A stretch of 64,000 nucleotides of DNA, from contig WGBD01000007.1 in the NCBI GenBank assembly GCA_015494465.1, positions 67,009-131,008 of the forward strand. Reading direction: 5' to 3'. Position 1 is the first letter of the stretch, and the number at the start of each line of letters is the position of its first letter. The stretch is from Candidatus Omnitrophota bacterium. Its GTDB lineage: Bacteria; Omnitrophota; Gorgyraeia; S143-82. The position numbers and the translations under genes were made by a program. Of this stretch, positions 39,603 through 48,258 are shown piece by piece. The notes beneath the pieces were generated by a model. It ran no database searches. It was not told where the DNA came from and saw nothing but the letters and a program-made list of their open reading frames with translations.

Positions 39603-40314
39603 CCTCTTCTCCCGAACTGGTAAACCTCTCCAGTATCGCCACGAACTCGCTGGCCACCTTCACCCCAATGAAAGCGTACAGGACCGGCAGGACACCAGCA
39701 CTCAGCAGGGTCCCCGGTACACCCTTCGGACCGAAACTGTAGAGGAAACTCCCGTACTTCACCAATCCAACCAAGGCCAAGGCCACGAATCCTGCCCCCA
39801 TCAAAGACTCCAGGGCATGAACCAACCCCCCAAATCCGGACTCCTTCTCCCTCTTCAATATCAATTTAAGAAGGAGCCCGGAGGAGATAACGACACCACC
39901 CTGAAATCCCCCTCCCGGGCTCACATGCCCCTGAGAGACGATGTATATGCCTATCAGGATAATAAGATACGGAAGAAACCTGCTTGCCACCCGAAGGACG
40001 AAGTTCTCCTCCCTCTGCCACATACCTGCCCCCGGCAAGAGGAACAATCCCACTGCCATAGCGGAGGCGAACAGGACCGTAACCTCCCCAAGGGTATCCA
40101 ATCCCCGGAAGGACAACACCACCGAGGTAACCAGATTCGTGGCCCCGGTGGAATTCACACCCATCTTTATGTAGTCCTTAGACACCAGCATCTTATCCTG
40201 CCCGTAGGGAATCTGGGTGTAGAGCAGATATATTAACAGCCCGCTGAATGCAAGGACCACCAAGGAGGCGATTATACCCGATATGTCGTACTTCCTATTT
40301 ATCCCTTCCAGCAT
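39589..40314 (-). CDS. Mbx subunit E/F (MnhB/MrpB-like)
   Basis: N.VT.VV..FRG.DTLGE..V, GH.SPGGGFQGG, G.KV..E. Confidence 0.88.
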   Translation of the reverse strand: MLEGINRKYDISGIIASLVVLAFSGLLIYLLYTQIPYGQDKMLVSKDYIKMGVNSTGATNLVTSVVLSFRGLDTLGEVTVLFASAMAVGLFLLPGAGMWQREENFVLRVASRFLPYLIILIGIYIVSQGHVSPGGGFQGGVVISSGLLLKLILKREKESGFGGLVHALESLMGAGFVALALVGLVKYGSFLYSFGPKGVPGTLLSAGVLPVLYAFIGVKVASEFVAILERFTSSGEEDERA

Positions 40315-40316
40315 AT

Positions 40317-40556
40317 CTAGTCCCCTCTGATACCCATCTTACGCAAGGCAAACAGGAAGAGGGCTGTGGACAGGCCTGCTGAAATCACCGCCTCCGCCAT
40401 GGCCACATCCGGTGCCTGTAGGAGATAGAAACTCGCGGTCAATCCCACGCTCGCCAAGGCCAGCGCTACCACCGACGAGACCCGCCCTCGGGAAAAGACC
40501 GCAATCGCTGCAGTAAATCCGGTGAACAAGACGACTGCAAGGTAAATGTAACCCAT
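40317..40556 (-). CDS. mbxD: Mbx subunit D (DUF4040)
   Basis: L.APDVA.AEA; 3 TM. Confidence 0.85.
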   Translation of the reverse strand: MGYIYLAVVLFTGFTAAIAVFSRGRVSSVVALALASVGLTASFYLLQAPDVAMAEAVISAGLSTALFLFALRKMGIRGD

Positions 40557-40557
40557 C

Positions 40558-40827
40558 CTATTCCCCTTCTCCCCTCACCGCACGGGCAAGGACCGAGGCA
40601 GACACCGGCGCCCCCACCAGCACCAGCACCATTATCACCAGCAACTCCAACCACCAACCCGGTTTCAGACAGATAACCCCCGCTATCGTGGCGATCACCC
40701 CGAGAGTGGATGCCTTGGTCCCCGCCTGAAGACGGTTGAATACATCCGGCATGCGCACCAGCCCCAACCCCGAAAGGGCCAAAAAGAGCGCACCCACTAT
40801 CACCAAGACATACCCCACCGAAATCAT
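40558..40827 (-). CDS. mbxC: Mbx subunit C (MnhG-like)
   Basis: G..RMPDVFNRLQA.TK..TLG, PV.A..LARA. Confidence 0.88.
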   Translation of the reverse strand: MISVGYVLVIVGALFLALSGLGLVRMPDVFNRLQAGTKASTLGVIATIAGVICLKPGWWLELLVIMVLVLVGAPVSASVLARAVRGEGE

Positions 40828-41066
40828 CGTTCGATAAACCTCCCCACGACGATGCTCCCTATAAAACTCACCGCGGAAAGGGCAAGGGCCACATCCAGAT
40901 AGATCCTTACTTCAAACTCAAGGGCCAAAAGTACCAGCACCCCAACCAACACCGTAGTAAGCACATCCACCGCCACCATCCTGTTGGCAAAGTCCGGGCC
41001 TATAACGAACCGCAGAAGAGAAAGACCCACCGCAATCGTCAACAAGGCCACCAAGACCGGAATCAT
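40824..41066 (-). CDS. mbxB: Mbx subunit B (MnhF-like)
   Basis: R...GP...NR.VA.D, YLDVAL, F.G. Confidence 0.88.
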   Translation of the reverse strand: MIPVLVALLTIAVGLSLLRFVIGPDFANRMVAVDVLTTVLVGVLVLLALEFEVRIYLDVALALSAVSFIGSIVVGRFIER

Positions 41067-41392
41067 GACTCCATCCTCTTAAGGATCCTCTCAAACCGTC
41101 CGCAGATCAACTCCTTGGCCTTTTCCTGAGGATACATCCCCGCCTTTATCCAGTGAACGGTCAACTCCTGCTCCTCAACATCCAGGGTCATCGTTCCCGG
41201 CGTCAAGGTGATAGAATTGGCCAAGATGAACTTCAACCAATCCGACTTCAGGTCCGTCCTGACCTTTACGAATCCCGGAGATATAGGCAGGGAGGGATTT
41301 ATCACCCTCAAGGCCACATCCAGATTTGCCTTCACCATCTCCACTAGGAGCACCACCAAGTAGATTGGGAAATTTATCACAAACTTTATCAT
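41063..41392 (-). CDS. mbxA: Mbx subunit A (MnhE-like), short form
   Basis: ANLDVA.RV, I.PG, LANSITLTPGT.T.DV, VHW; start at ATG 41392. Confidence 0.85.
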   Translation of the reverse strand: MIKFVINFPIYLVVLLVEMVKANLDVALRVINPSLPISPGFVKVRTDLKSDWLKFILANSITLTPGTMTLDVEEQELTVHWIKAGMYPQEKAKELICGRFERILKRMES

Positions 41393-41439
41393 ACAAACAA
41401 TCCCTTCCACCAAACAGAACCTGCCTAAAATTGAGTTTT

Positions 41440-41467
41440 ATTTTACTGGTTCAGGTCCCGTTGTCAA
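41440..41467 (-). promoter_or_regulatory. Putative strong sigma70 promoter of the mbx operon
   Basis: Minus strand TTGACA-16 nt-TAAAAT. Confidence 0.7.
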
Positions 41468-41480
41468 CACAATTTCTCTT

Positions 41481-42194
41481 CTACCTGGAAAACAGGAAGA
41501 ATCTTACCATCTCAATCGCAACAGCGACAGGGGACAACACCCACGAGCCCAATACCTTTCTACGAGGGCGAGATGGCGAGGATTCCCCGAAGCTTCGGGG
41601 ATCTACCCCCTCTTCAAAGGTCACCACCGGGATTGGATCGCAAGGGACCTTCCAACGCTTCAACCTCCTCCTCAGCCGTGTCAACAAGGGATCCACGCGG
41701 ACCTCGGAGAGCACCTTCGCCTGGGGACGAACGGAGATAATCCCAGCAGAGGCCCCGGCACTTATCAAGGGTATACCGACCTGGACACAGTACCTCAATA
41801 GAAGGGCTTTACCGTTTAATCCATCAACGCAGTCAAACACGAAGTCGACCCCTTCGAAGCAACTGAAATCGTACCCCTTACCCACCGAATCAACGCACGA
41901 TTTCACCTCCGCTTTATCTCTGAGATAGGCCCTGACGGCCTCACAGACCACCTCTGCCTTGTAGCGCCCGACCTTACCCCAGTCAAAGAAGGCATAACGG
42001 TTGAAGTCTCCCACGGAAAGCCGATCGTCGTCCACCAGCACCCAGTGCCTTATCCCGAAAGGAAGGAGCAAGCGTACCACCCATCCTCCCACCGCCCCTA
42101 ACCCGACCACAGCTATACGCACCTTATCGTCGGGCACAGCGATAGAGTAGGCCCTTGCTAACAGGTGCAATCTATAGAATGGATCCTCGCTCAT
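41481..42194 (-). CDS. ThiF family adenylyltransferase, TcdA/CsdL-like
   Basis: VVGLGAVG, D.D......NR, DCVD....K, DPL...LR..L; start at ATG 42194 overlapping the TatD stop. Confidence 0.75.
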   Translation of the reverse strand: MSEDPFYRLHLLARAYSIAVPDDKVRIAVVGLGAVGGWVVRLLLPFGIRHWVLVDDDRLSVGDFNRYAFFDWGKVGRYKAEVVCEAVRAYLRDKAEVKSCVDSVGKGYDFSCFEGVDFVFDCVDGLNGKALLLRYCVQVGIPLISAGASAGIISVRPQAKVLSEVRVDPLLTRLRRRLKRWKVPCDPIPVVTFEEGVDPRSFGESSPSRPRRKVLGSWVLSPVAVAIEMVRFFLFSR

Positions 42195-42907
42195 CTCCTC
42201 AACAGGTCTTTGAAGTTGGCCTCTACTGCCTGCGCCACTTCCTCTTTTGGGACAGCCTTCCACTCCGCAATCTTCTCCACCACCTGTCCCAGTATCCGGG
42301 GACTTTGGGCCTGATAAGGCCAATCGCTCTCGACCAACAGCCTGTCTAAGCCAATCGTCTGAATCACTCTGCGTTTTTCCTTTGGCCATTTCAGGACCGT
42401 CGGCCCTAAAGAAAAATACACACCCGGCATGAGGGAAAACCTCTCCACATAAAAGGTACTGCCATTGTAAGCGTGGAGTATGACCCGAAGGTCTTTCCGT
42501 CCTCGTAGTATCTCCCACAGGTCTTTCCAGGCCCGGACGCAATGCACATTCAAGGGGAGTTTCCTCTCCTCTGCCAGAGAGACTGCTTTCTCAAATATCT
42601 CCAACTGGACAGAATAATCTGCACCCCACAACCTATCCAGGCCTACTTCCCCTATGCCCGCTATCCTCTGTAAATTCCTCTGGAGGGCATCCTTCCACCC
42701 TAACCAATCAAGGCCGTCCAGGTACCACGGATGGGCACCCAACATCAAACCTGCACCCGAATATTCATTAGAGACATTAAGAGCGGAGTAGAAGTCCTCA
42801 AGGTGCAAGGTGCAGAGGAATCCCCTCCAAGGAACAAATTCATCCAGTCCTGTCAAAGGAAGGTGATAATGGGCATCCGGCAACGAAGGTACGGTCTGAT
42901 CATCCAC
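42191..42907 (-). CDS. TatD family hydrolase
   Basis: DAH.HL, G.HPW, IGEVGLD, VHC, ILH.Y, ESD.P. Confidence 0.88.
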   Translation of the reverse strand: MDDQTVPSLPDAHYHLPLTGLDEFVPWRGFLCTLHLEDFYSALNVSNEYSGAGLMLGAHPWYLDGLDWLGWKDALQRNLQRIAGIGEVGLDRLWGADYSVQLEIFEKAVSLAEERKLPLNVHCVRAWKDLWEILRGRKDLRVILHAYNGSTFYVERFSLMPGVYFSLGPTVLKWPKEKRRVIQTIGLDRLLVESDWPYQAQSPRILGQVVEKIAEWKAVPKEEVAQAVEANFKDLLRR

Positions 42908-42908
42908 T

Positions 42909-43514
42909 TCAGAAAAACGACTGGACCATGTCCCAGGCCACGAACTGGGCGAATATGTCCTCCGAGAGGGCGACCCGCCTGTACCCTAACGGGCGATCCT
43001 TCCAATCGAATAACTTTGCAAAGACCTTCATTCTGCTAACTATAAGGCGATTCTCGGTATCGTAATACCTGTGCCCATGGCAGATGGGATTTTCCACATT
43101 TACCAGAGGATAGAGCGTGGCATCAAATGCCACCGCCCGGGGATGGGCTGAATAATCGGCCAAGAATCCCAACACGAAGCCGTCCGCACTCAACTTCGTC
43201 GCTATCGCCTCGGCCTTCTTTGGGGTTATCACATACCCGCTTGCCTCACCCACAAGCTCCCGTACGAGCCTGGGATGAACCACGAAGACCTTCCGCCTCT
43301 CTATCAGATACTCGACGAAATACCTATAAACCTTATCCTTAAAGGCAGGGGGCACCGTATCATCTCCTGCGAACTCGAATACGACTATACGCTCTACCTG
43401 GTGGGAAAGCTCCGGAGGTCCGGGCAGGGGTAGAGATTGATCTACCTTTCCCCGTATACACCCCCCTGCAAACACGAGGGCCTGAAGCAAAAGCACGCAA
43501 AGGAATCTAACCAT
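42909..43514 (-). CDS. Putative lipoprotein (CsgG/PelC/LpoB-like fold)
   Basis: Signal ending AGGC (lipobox-like), RIVVF.F, A..L.AD..V.G...Y pattern. Confidence 0.55.
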   Translation of the reverse strand: MVRFLCVLLLQALVFAGGCIRGKVDQSLPLPGPPELSHQVERIVVFEFAGDDTVPPAFKDKVYRYFVEYLIERRKVFVVHPRLVRELVGEASGYVITPKKAEAIATKLSADGFVLGFLADYSAHPRAVAFDATLYPLVNVENPICHGHRYYDTENRLIVSRMKVFAKLFDWKDRPLGYRRVALSEDIFAQFVAWDMVQSFF

Positions 43515-43875
43515 TCATTACCTTTTCTATCTTCTCCTTGAGTATCTCAGGAGTAAACGGCTTGACGATGTAATCGTTTACCCCCAGCTGGAGGGCCTCC
43601 ATGACCTCGTTCTTCTCTGCCTCTGTGGTCACCATTATAACCGGAACGGTACCAAACTTGTCCGAGGCCCTTATGGATTTCACCAGCGTAATACCATCCA
43701 TCTCAGGCATGTTCCAGTCAGTCAACACCAAGGAGATGTCCCCTTCCTTGAGTTTGGTAAGGGCATCTATACCGTTTTCTGCCTCCACCACATCCGAATA
43801 CCCTATCCGCTCCAGCGTATTCTTTATAATCCTGCGTATCGTAGCGGAATCGTCAACCACCAACACCTTTGACAT
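43507..43875 (-). CDS. cheY: CheY-like response regulator
   Basis: LVVDD, TDWNMP, MVTTE, YIVKPF. Confidence 0.92.
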   Translation of the reverse strand: MSKVLVVDDSATIRRIIKNTLERIGYSDVVEAENGIDALTKLKEGDISLVLTDWNMPEMDGITLVKSIRASDKFGTVPVIMVTTEAEKNEVMEALQLGVNDYIVKPFTPEILKEKIEKVMNG

Positions 43876-44710
43876 AATCACTGACCTCCGTTATTCTTAC
43901 TCCGAACTTCTCCCCCACCGTAACCACTTGGGCCTTGGCAATAGACTTGCCGTTGAGCACTACATCCACCGGTTGAGAAACATACTGAGGGAACTCTATC
44001 ACTGACCCCGGATTCAAGTCCCAGAGCTCCTGGAACACCATACTCTTGTTGGCCAAGACCACCGAGAGCTGAACCATGACATCCGGGACATCTTCTACTG
44101 GACTTCCCGCTTCAACCCCCTTTTGCTCCCCGGAATCCTGCGCCTTTGCTTCGAACTCTTCTAACTGGGCAGACAACTCCCCCAACATGTCACTGGCGAG
44201 CTTTTCGCCCAATTGGGTGGGCACGATGTGCCAGAAGTGAGAACTCACCTTGCCCTCGTCCAGTCTAAACTGCATCTCTATGAAGACGACGTTGCCCTCG
44301 AACTCCGGCACCCCATCTACCACCGAACCCGGCACGCACTTCAGATTCTTTCGGCTTATCAGCATAGCCAGTGTCTCGTTTATCCCCTCCGCCATCCCTT
44401 GGGATAGGGCCGATTCGGGAGAGTCCGCCTTCCCTGAGGAGTCTATCGCAGAAAGGAGATAATCCAGATCGTCCTTCTTAAACACGAAAGCCATCTCCCC
44501 ACCGTAATCGCCCGAATACTCCATAACAACCGCCGTTTTGGCCCCTTCTGGCAGTTTGGCCATCGCTTCTGAGAACGGCAATTCCTCCGCCTTGGGTTTT
44601 ATCATCTTCACCTGTATACCAGCGATCCCCTCTAGCTTGGTCGCCGCCGAACCCAAGGTTATGTTATCCAGCTCACACAAGGCATCCAGATACTCTGGGG
44701 AAAGAGGCAT
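43853..44710 (-). CDS. FliY-like protein: CheC-like domain plus FliN/SpoA C-terminal domain
   Basis: LDAL.ELDNI..GSAAT (ExxN), then L.PGSVI.......PVD...NG..IA...VV.V...FGVRITE. Confidence 0.75.
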   Translation of the reverse strand: MPLSPEYLDALCELDNITLGSAATKLEGIAGIQVKMIKPKAEELPFSEAMAKLPEGAKTAVVMEYSGDYGGEMAFVFKKDDLDYLLSAIDSSGKADSPESALSQGMAEGINETLAMLISRKNLKCVPGSVVDGVPEFEGNVVFIEMQFRLDEGKVSSHFWHIVPTQLGEKLASDMLGELSAQLEEFEAKAQDSGEQKGVEAGSPVEDVPDVMVQLSVVLANKSMVFQELWDLNPGSVIEFPQYVSQPVDVVLNGKSIAKAQVVTVGEKFGVRITEVSDYVKGVGG

Positions 44711-44715
44711 AGCAA

Positions 44716-45105
44716 CTACTTCCTAAGGCGCTTTAGCCTGCGCAATACGTACTCCAACAGCTCCTCTTGATGCTTGGTGTATATGTCCACAAACTTTACC
44801 GCCACGCAGTGCTCCCCATTATCGTTTGTCCACTGCCGAACCACCTTCGCTAATGAGACTACCGGCCCAAATATCTGGTTCTCGGGTAAGGGTTTGTGAT
44901 AATCCGGTATCTGCACCTCTACCTTAAGCACATCCTGATCGTTAAGTGGGGCATCCACCACGAAGGCCACCCCGCCACCACTGATGTCGATAATCCTGCC
45001 CTCCTTCATTCGGGACTTCATTGGAATCTGTAAGACCTGATAGCGCAAGCGGATCTGTGAAGGGACTCTTGCATATCTCCTTCTCTCCTTAGCGTCCACG
45101 ACCAC
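44716..45105 (-). CDS. Stand-alone PilZ domain protein
   Basis: RRYAR (RxxxR) and DISGGG (DxSxxG) c-di-GMP motifs. Confidence 0.88.
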   Translation of the reverse strand: MVVDAKERRRYARVPSQIRLRYQVLQIPMKSRMKEGRIIDISGGGVAFVVDAPLNDQDVLKVEVQIPDYHKPLPENQIFGPVVSLAKVVRQWTNDNGEHCVAVKFVDIYTKHQEELLEYVLRRLKRLRK

Positions 45106-46972
45106 CGTTTCCTCCCGCTCGGGTTGCTGCCACCTTTCTTACCGCATGCGCTGACAACTGCATGACCCCCGTTATGTCGAGGATCAAGCAGACCCGCCCA
45201 TCGCCCATAATCGTTGCCCCGGCTATGCCCGGGACATTGGTGAGGAAACCTCCCAGCGACTTGATTACCACTTCCTGCTGGCCAAGCAGATCGGAGACCA
45301 AGATGCCCAATCTTTGCTCGGCCAATCCTATTATAACAACATAGCGCCGGGGAGTCTCCTCTATTTTTTCCGGCTCGTTGAAGACCTCTTCAAGGCATAG
45401 TAGAGGTATAACCATATCCCTTACGCGCACCACAGCCTGCTGCTCTATGGTGTAGACCTGCCCCTCGTCAAGGTGGATAATCTCCTGCACGGAAGCAAGG
45501 GGTATGGCGTATATGTCGTTATTGGATAGTACCATTAAGGCCTGGATTATAGCAAGGGTGAGCGGGAGCTTTATCTTGATCGTCGTCCCTTTACCCAACT
45601 CGGTATCCAATTCTATGACCCCGTTGAGCTTCTCGATGTTCGTCTTCACCACATCCATACCCACGCCTCGCCCAGAGACGTCGGTCACCTTTTCTGCAGT
45701 GGAGAATCCGGGCATAAAGATAAGGTTCAGGATGTCTCTATCTCCCATGTGGGCTAGATCGGACTCTTTCACGATACCCTTCTCTACCGCCTTCCTGGCC
45801 ACCTTCTGTACATCTATACCTCTACCGTCGTCGGAAACCTCTATGACTATGTGGTCTCCCTCCTGATAGGCGGAGAGCACGATAGTGCCCCTTCGGGGTT
45901 TACCCAACCTTTCTCTTTCTTCGGGTGGCTCTATCCCGTGGTCCACCGCATTGCGGAGTATGTGTATAAGCGGATCGCCTATGTGCTCTATCACCGACTT
46001 GTCTAACTCGGTCTCTTCACCGTGGATTATCAGATCTATCTCCTTGTGCATCTCTCTACACAGGTCTCGCACCATCCGAGGGAACTTGTTAAAGACCCGT
46101 TGGACCGGGAGCATGCGCGTCTTCATCACCGACAACTGCATCTCGGTGGTAACGAACCCAAGCTGTACCAAGGCATTATTAAAGGCGTCTACCAAGGCGG
46201 TGTCAGACACTTGGGCATCTATGTGCTCTGCCAATTGCCCTAGTCTATTCCTCACCAATACCAGCTCTCCAACCAGGTTCATCAACGCGTCCAGCCTTTT
46301 GACATCCACCCTTATAGTCTCCTCTATCCCACCCGCTGCGGCTCTCTTCTGAGGAGCAGGAGAAGGCTTCTGCGCATCAGACGGCGCCGGCTTTGGTTGT
46401 GCTTCCTGGGTCTGAGGAGAAACGGAGGACTGGGATTCCTGTTTTTGAGGTTTTTGCTCTTGTTGAGGGGGCTCTTTGCTCTCGGCCTCCGCAGGGGCAT
46501 GCTCTTCCGTGGCCTCTTCCTCTTTTCGTCTCTCCCCTTCTGCCTGAGGCTCTTCTTTCTCAGCGGGTTTCTGCGGAGGTTCCTCTACCGGAGCGGTCTC
46601 TCCCTCCAGTATTGCCTTCAGTTTGGCCTCGGTGTCACTGGTATCCACCGTGCCAGAGGTACCATTGCGCACCTCGTCCAAGAGCAACTTTAGCTTATCT
46701 ACCGACTCCAAGATGACATCCATTATCGTGGGAGTGACTACCATCTCCCCTTTTCTCAATTTGTTGAGGACATCTTCCATGTGGTGGGTCAATTGGGATA
46801 TCTGGGTAAAACCTAAGAAACCAGAGCTACCTTTAATGGTGTGGGCTGCGCGGAATATCCTGTTGAGGAGTTCGAGATCGTCAGGCCGTTCTTCAAGCGT
46901 AACTAGATCCTGATCCAATTGCTCCAACAACTCAGCCGACTCTACCAAAAATTCCTGGATTATCTCGTCCAT
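45089..46972 (-). CDS. cheA: Chemotaxis histidine kinase CheA (no P2 domain)
   Basis: P1 FRAAHTIKG, P/E/Q-rich linker, TIRV...LD.LMNLVGELV, RNAVDHG, DDG.G, GFSTA, GRGVGMDVV, P5. Confidence 0.96.
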   Translation of the reverse strand: MDEIIQEFLVESAELLEQLDQDLVTLEERPDDLELLNRIFRAAHTIKGSSGFLGFTQISQLTHHMEDVLNKLRKGEMVVTPTIMDVILESVDKLKLLLDEVRNGTSGTVDTSDTEAKLKAILEGETAPVEEPPQKPAEKEEPQAEGERRKEEEATEEHAPAEAESKEPPQQEQKPQKQESQSSVSPQTQEAQPKPAPSDAQKPSPAPQKRAAAGGIEETIRVDVKRLDALMNLVGELVLVRNRLGQLAEHIDAQVSDTALVDAFNNALVQLGFVTTEMQLSVMKTRMLPVQRVFNKFPRMVRDLCREMHKEIDLIIHGEETELDKSVIEHIGDPLIHILRNAVDHGIEPPEERERLGKPRRGTIVLSAYQEGDHIVIEVSDDGRGIDVQKVARKAVEKGIVKESDLAHMGDRDILNLIFMPGFSTAEKVTDVSGRGVGMDVVKTNIEKLNGVIELDTELGKGTTIKIKLPLTLAIIQALMVLSNNDIYAIPLASVQEIIHLDEGQVYTIEQQAVVRVRDMVIPLLCLEEVFNEPEKIEETPRRYVVIIGLAEQRLGILVSDLLGQQEVVIKSLGGFLTNVPGIAGATIMGDGRVCLILDITGVMQLSAHAVRKVAATRAGGNGGRGR

Positions 46973-47011
46973 CCCCCGCCCTCCTCATTCGCTAGGCGTC
47001 AGTAATCCACC

Positions 47012-47386
47012 TCAACTTTCACTAGCATTCAACAGGCTTCCAATCTTATAGAGGATCAGTGACGGTGGTGCTGGTTTGACCAAGTAGACATTCGCGCCAG
47101 CCTCGAATCCCCTCTTTTTGTCCTCGTCACTCCCCTCGGTAGTTAACATCACGATCGGTATGTCCGAATAAAGAGGATCTTTTCGAATAGTCCTTATTAG
47201 CTCCAGCCCATTCATCCTGGGCATGTTAAGGTCCGCTATTATCAGATCTATGTCCTCTTGAGCCAGCTTTTCTAAGGCATCCACCCCGTCAACTGCCTCC
47301 ACCGTCTCGTAATTGGCCCCTTTCAATATGTTACTTATCAACTTCCTTACCGTAGCTGAATCGTCCACCACCAATATCTTAGGCAT
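47012..47386 (-). CDS. Single-domain response regulator (CheY-like)
   Basis: LVVDDS, DLNMP.MNG, MLTTE, YLVKP. Confidence 0.9.
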   Translation of the reverse strand: MPKILVVDDSATVRKLISNILKGANYETVEAVDGVDALEKLAQEDIDLIIADLNMPRMNGLELIRTIRKDPLYSDIPIVMLTTEGSDEDKKRGFEAGANVYLVKPAPPSLILYKIGSLLNASES

Positions 47387-47406
47387 ATCCCGCCTCCCTG
47401 GTTTTT

Positions 47407-48252
47407 TTATTCCTTCTTATAAGCCAACGCCCCTGGGAAATGCACTATCTTGAAGGCTCTAGTTATGTTGTGCAACGATTCCGAATGACCGATAACCAAA
47501 TATCCGCCTATTTTCAATATATCATAAAAATGCCCAACTACCTTCTTCTTTACCGCGTCGTCGAAGTAGATCATCACATTCCTGCAGAATATCACATCTT
47601 TTTTCGTGATCCTGCGCATCTGATTGTCGTCGGTCAAGTTGAGATGATAAAACCGCACCATCCTCTTTATCTCATCTTTTATCCTATAATTATCTCCCTC
47701 TTTAGTGAAGTACTTGTTGAGATATTCCTTGGGGACATTCCTCAACGTATACTCGTTATAGACGCCCTCCCGGGCCTGGGCCAAGGCAGCCTCGCTGAGA
47801 TCACCTGCCTCTATCATTACCCTCCACCCCGCTGCCTTGGTATCCACGAACTCTTTACAAATGATCGCCAAGGTATAGGGTTCCTCACCAGTGGAACAGC
47901 CCGCGCTCAACAAGGTAAGGGTCTTAAATGTCTGCCTATCGGGCAAAGACACTAGTTCGGGCAAGATGTGATTTTTAAGTGCCTCCATCTGAGGTCGATT
48001 GCGGAAGAAACTGGTCTCGTTTATGGTTATAGCATTGAAGAGATACTTAAGTTCTTCCTTGTAGTCCTTCGAATAGAGTAAAAAATAGGCATACTCGTTA
48101 AAGTCGCGGAATCCCCTCTCTTTTATCCTCTCCAAGATCTTCGTCTCCAGCAAATACTTCTTGTTATCGCTGAAGTATATGCCGCTTTTTTCGTAGATAA
48201 AATCGCGCAAAGACTTAAATGTCTTATCGTCCATCTTGAGTGTAATAGACAT
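47407..48252 (-). CDS. cheR: Chemotaxis methyltransferase CheR
   Basis: NETSFFR, SAGCSTGEEPY, FCRNVMIYFD, GHSESL. Confidence 0.96.
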   Translation of the reverse strand: MSITLKMDDKTFKSLRDFIYEKSGIYFSDNKKYLLETKILERIKERGFRDFNEYAYFLLYSKDYKEELKYLFNAITINETSFFRNRPQMEALKNHILPELVSLPDRQTFKTLTLLSAGCSTGEEPYTLAIICKEFVDTKAAGWRVMIEAGDLSEAALAQAREGVYNEYTLRNVPKEYLNKYFTKEGDNYRIKDEIKRMVRFYHLNLTDDNQMRRITKKDVIFCRNVMIYFDDAVKKKVVGHFYDILKIGGYLVIGHSESLHNITRAFKIVHFPGALAYKKE

Positions 48253-48258
48253 ACCCCC

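Noticed and set aside
33105-41392. Calling the cluster complex I, a NiFe hydrogenase or a plain Mrp antiporter
   Set aside because: No NuoA/E/F/G/J; both CxxC NiFe motifs are incomplete; redox subunits J/K/L/M accompany the Mrp-like genes in Mbx order
42195-42542. N-terminal extensions in the ORF track (ThiF to 42542, argC to 2350, PilP-like to 6125, mbxL to 34256)
   Set aside because: They overlap upstream genes; downstream starts have RBSs or stop-start overlaps and match family N-termini
41481-42907. TatD + ThiF pair as an anti-phage system
   Set aside because: Looks like the common TatD/TcdA housekeeping pair; no Qat, CBASS, E2 or JAB partners
46320-46610. Low-complexity P/E/Q/K stretch in cheA as a DNA repeat or insertion
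   Set aside because: In-frame flexible linker between P1 and P3; no discrete repeat unit
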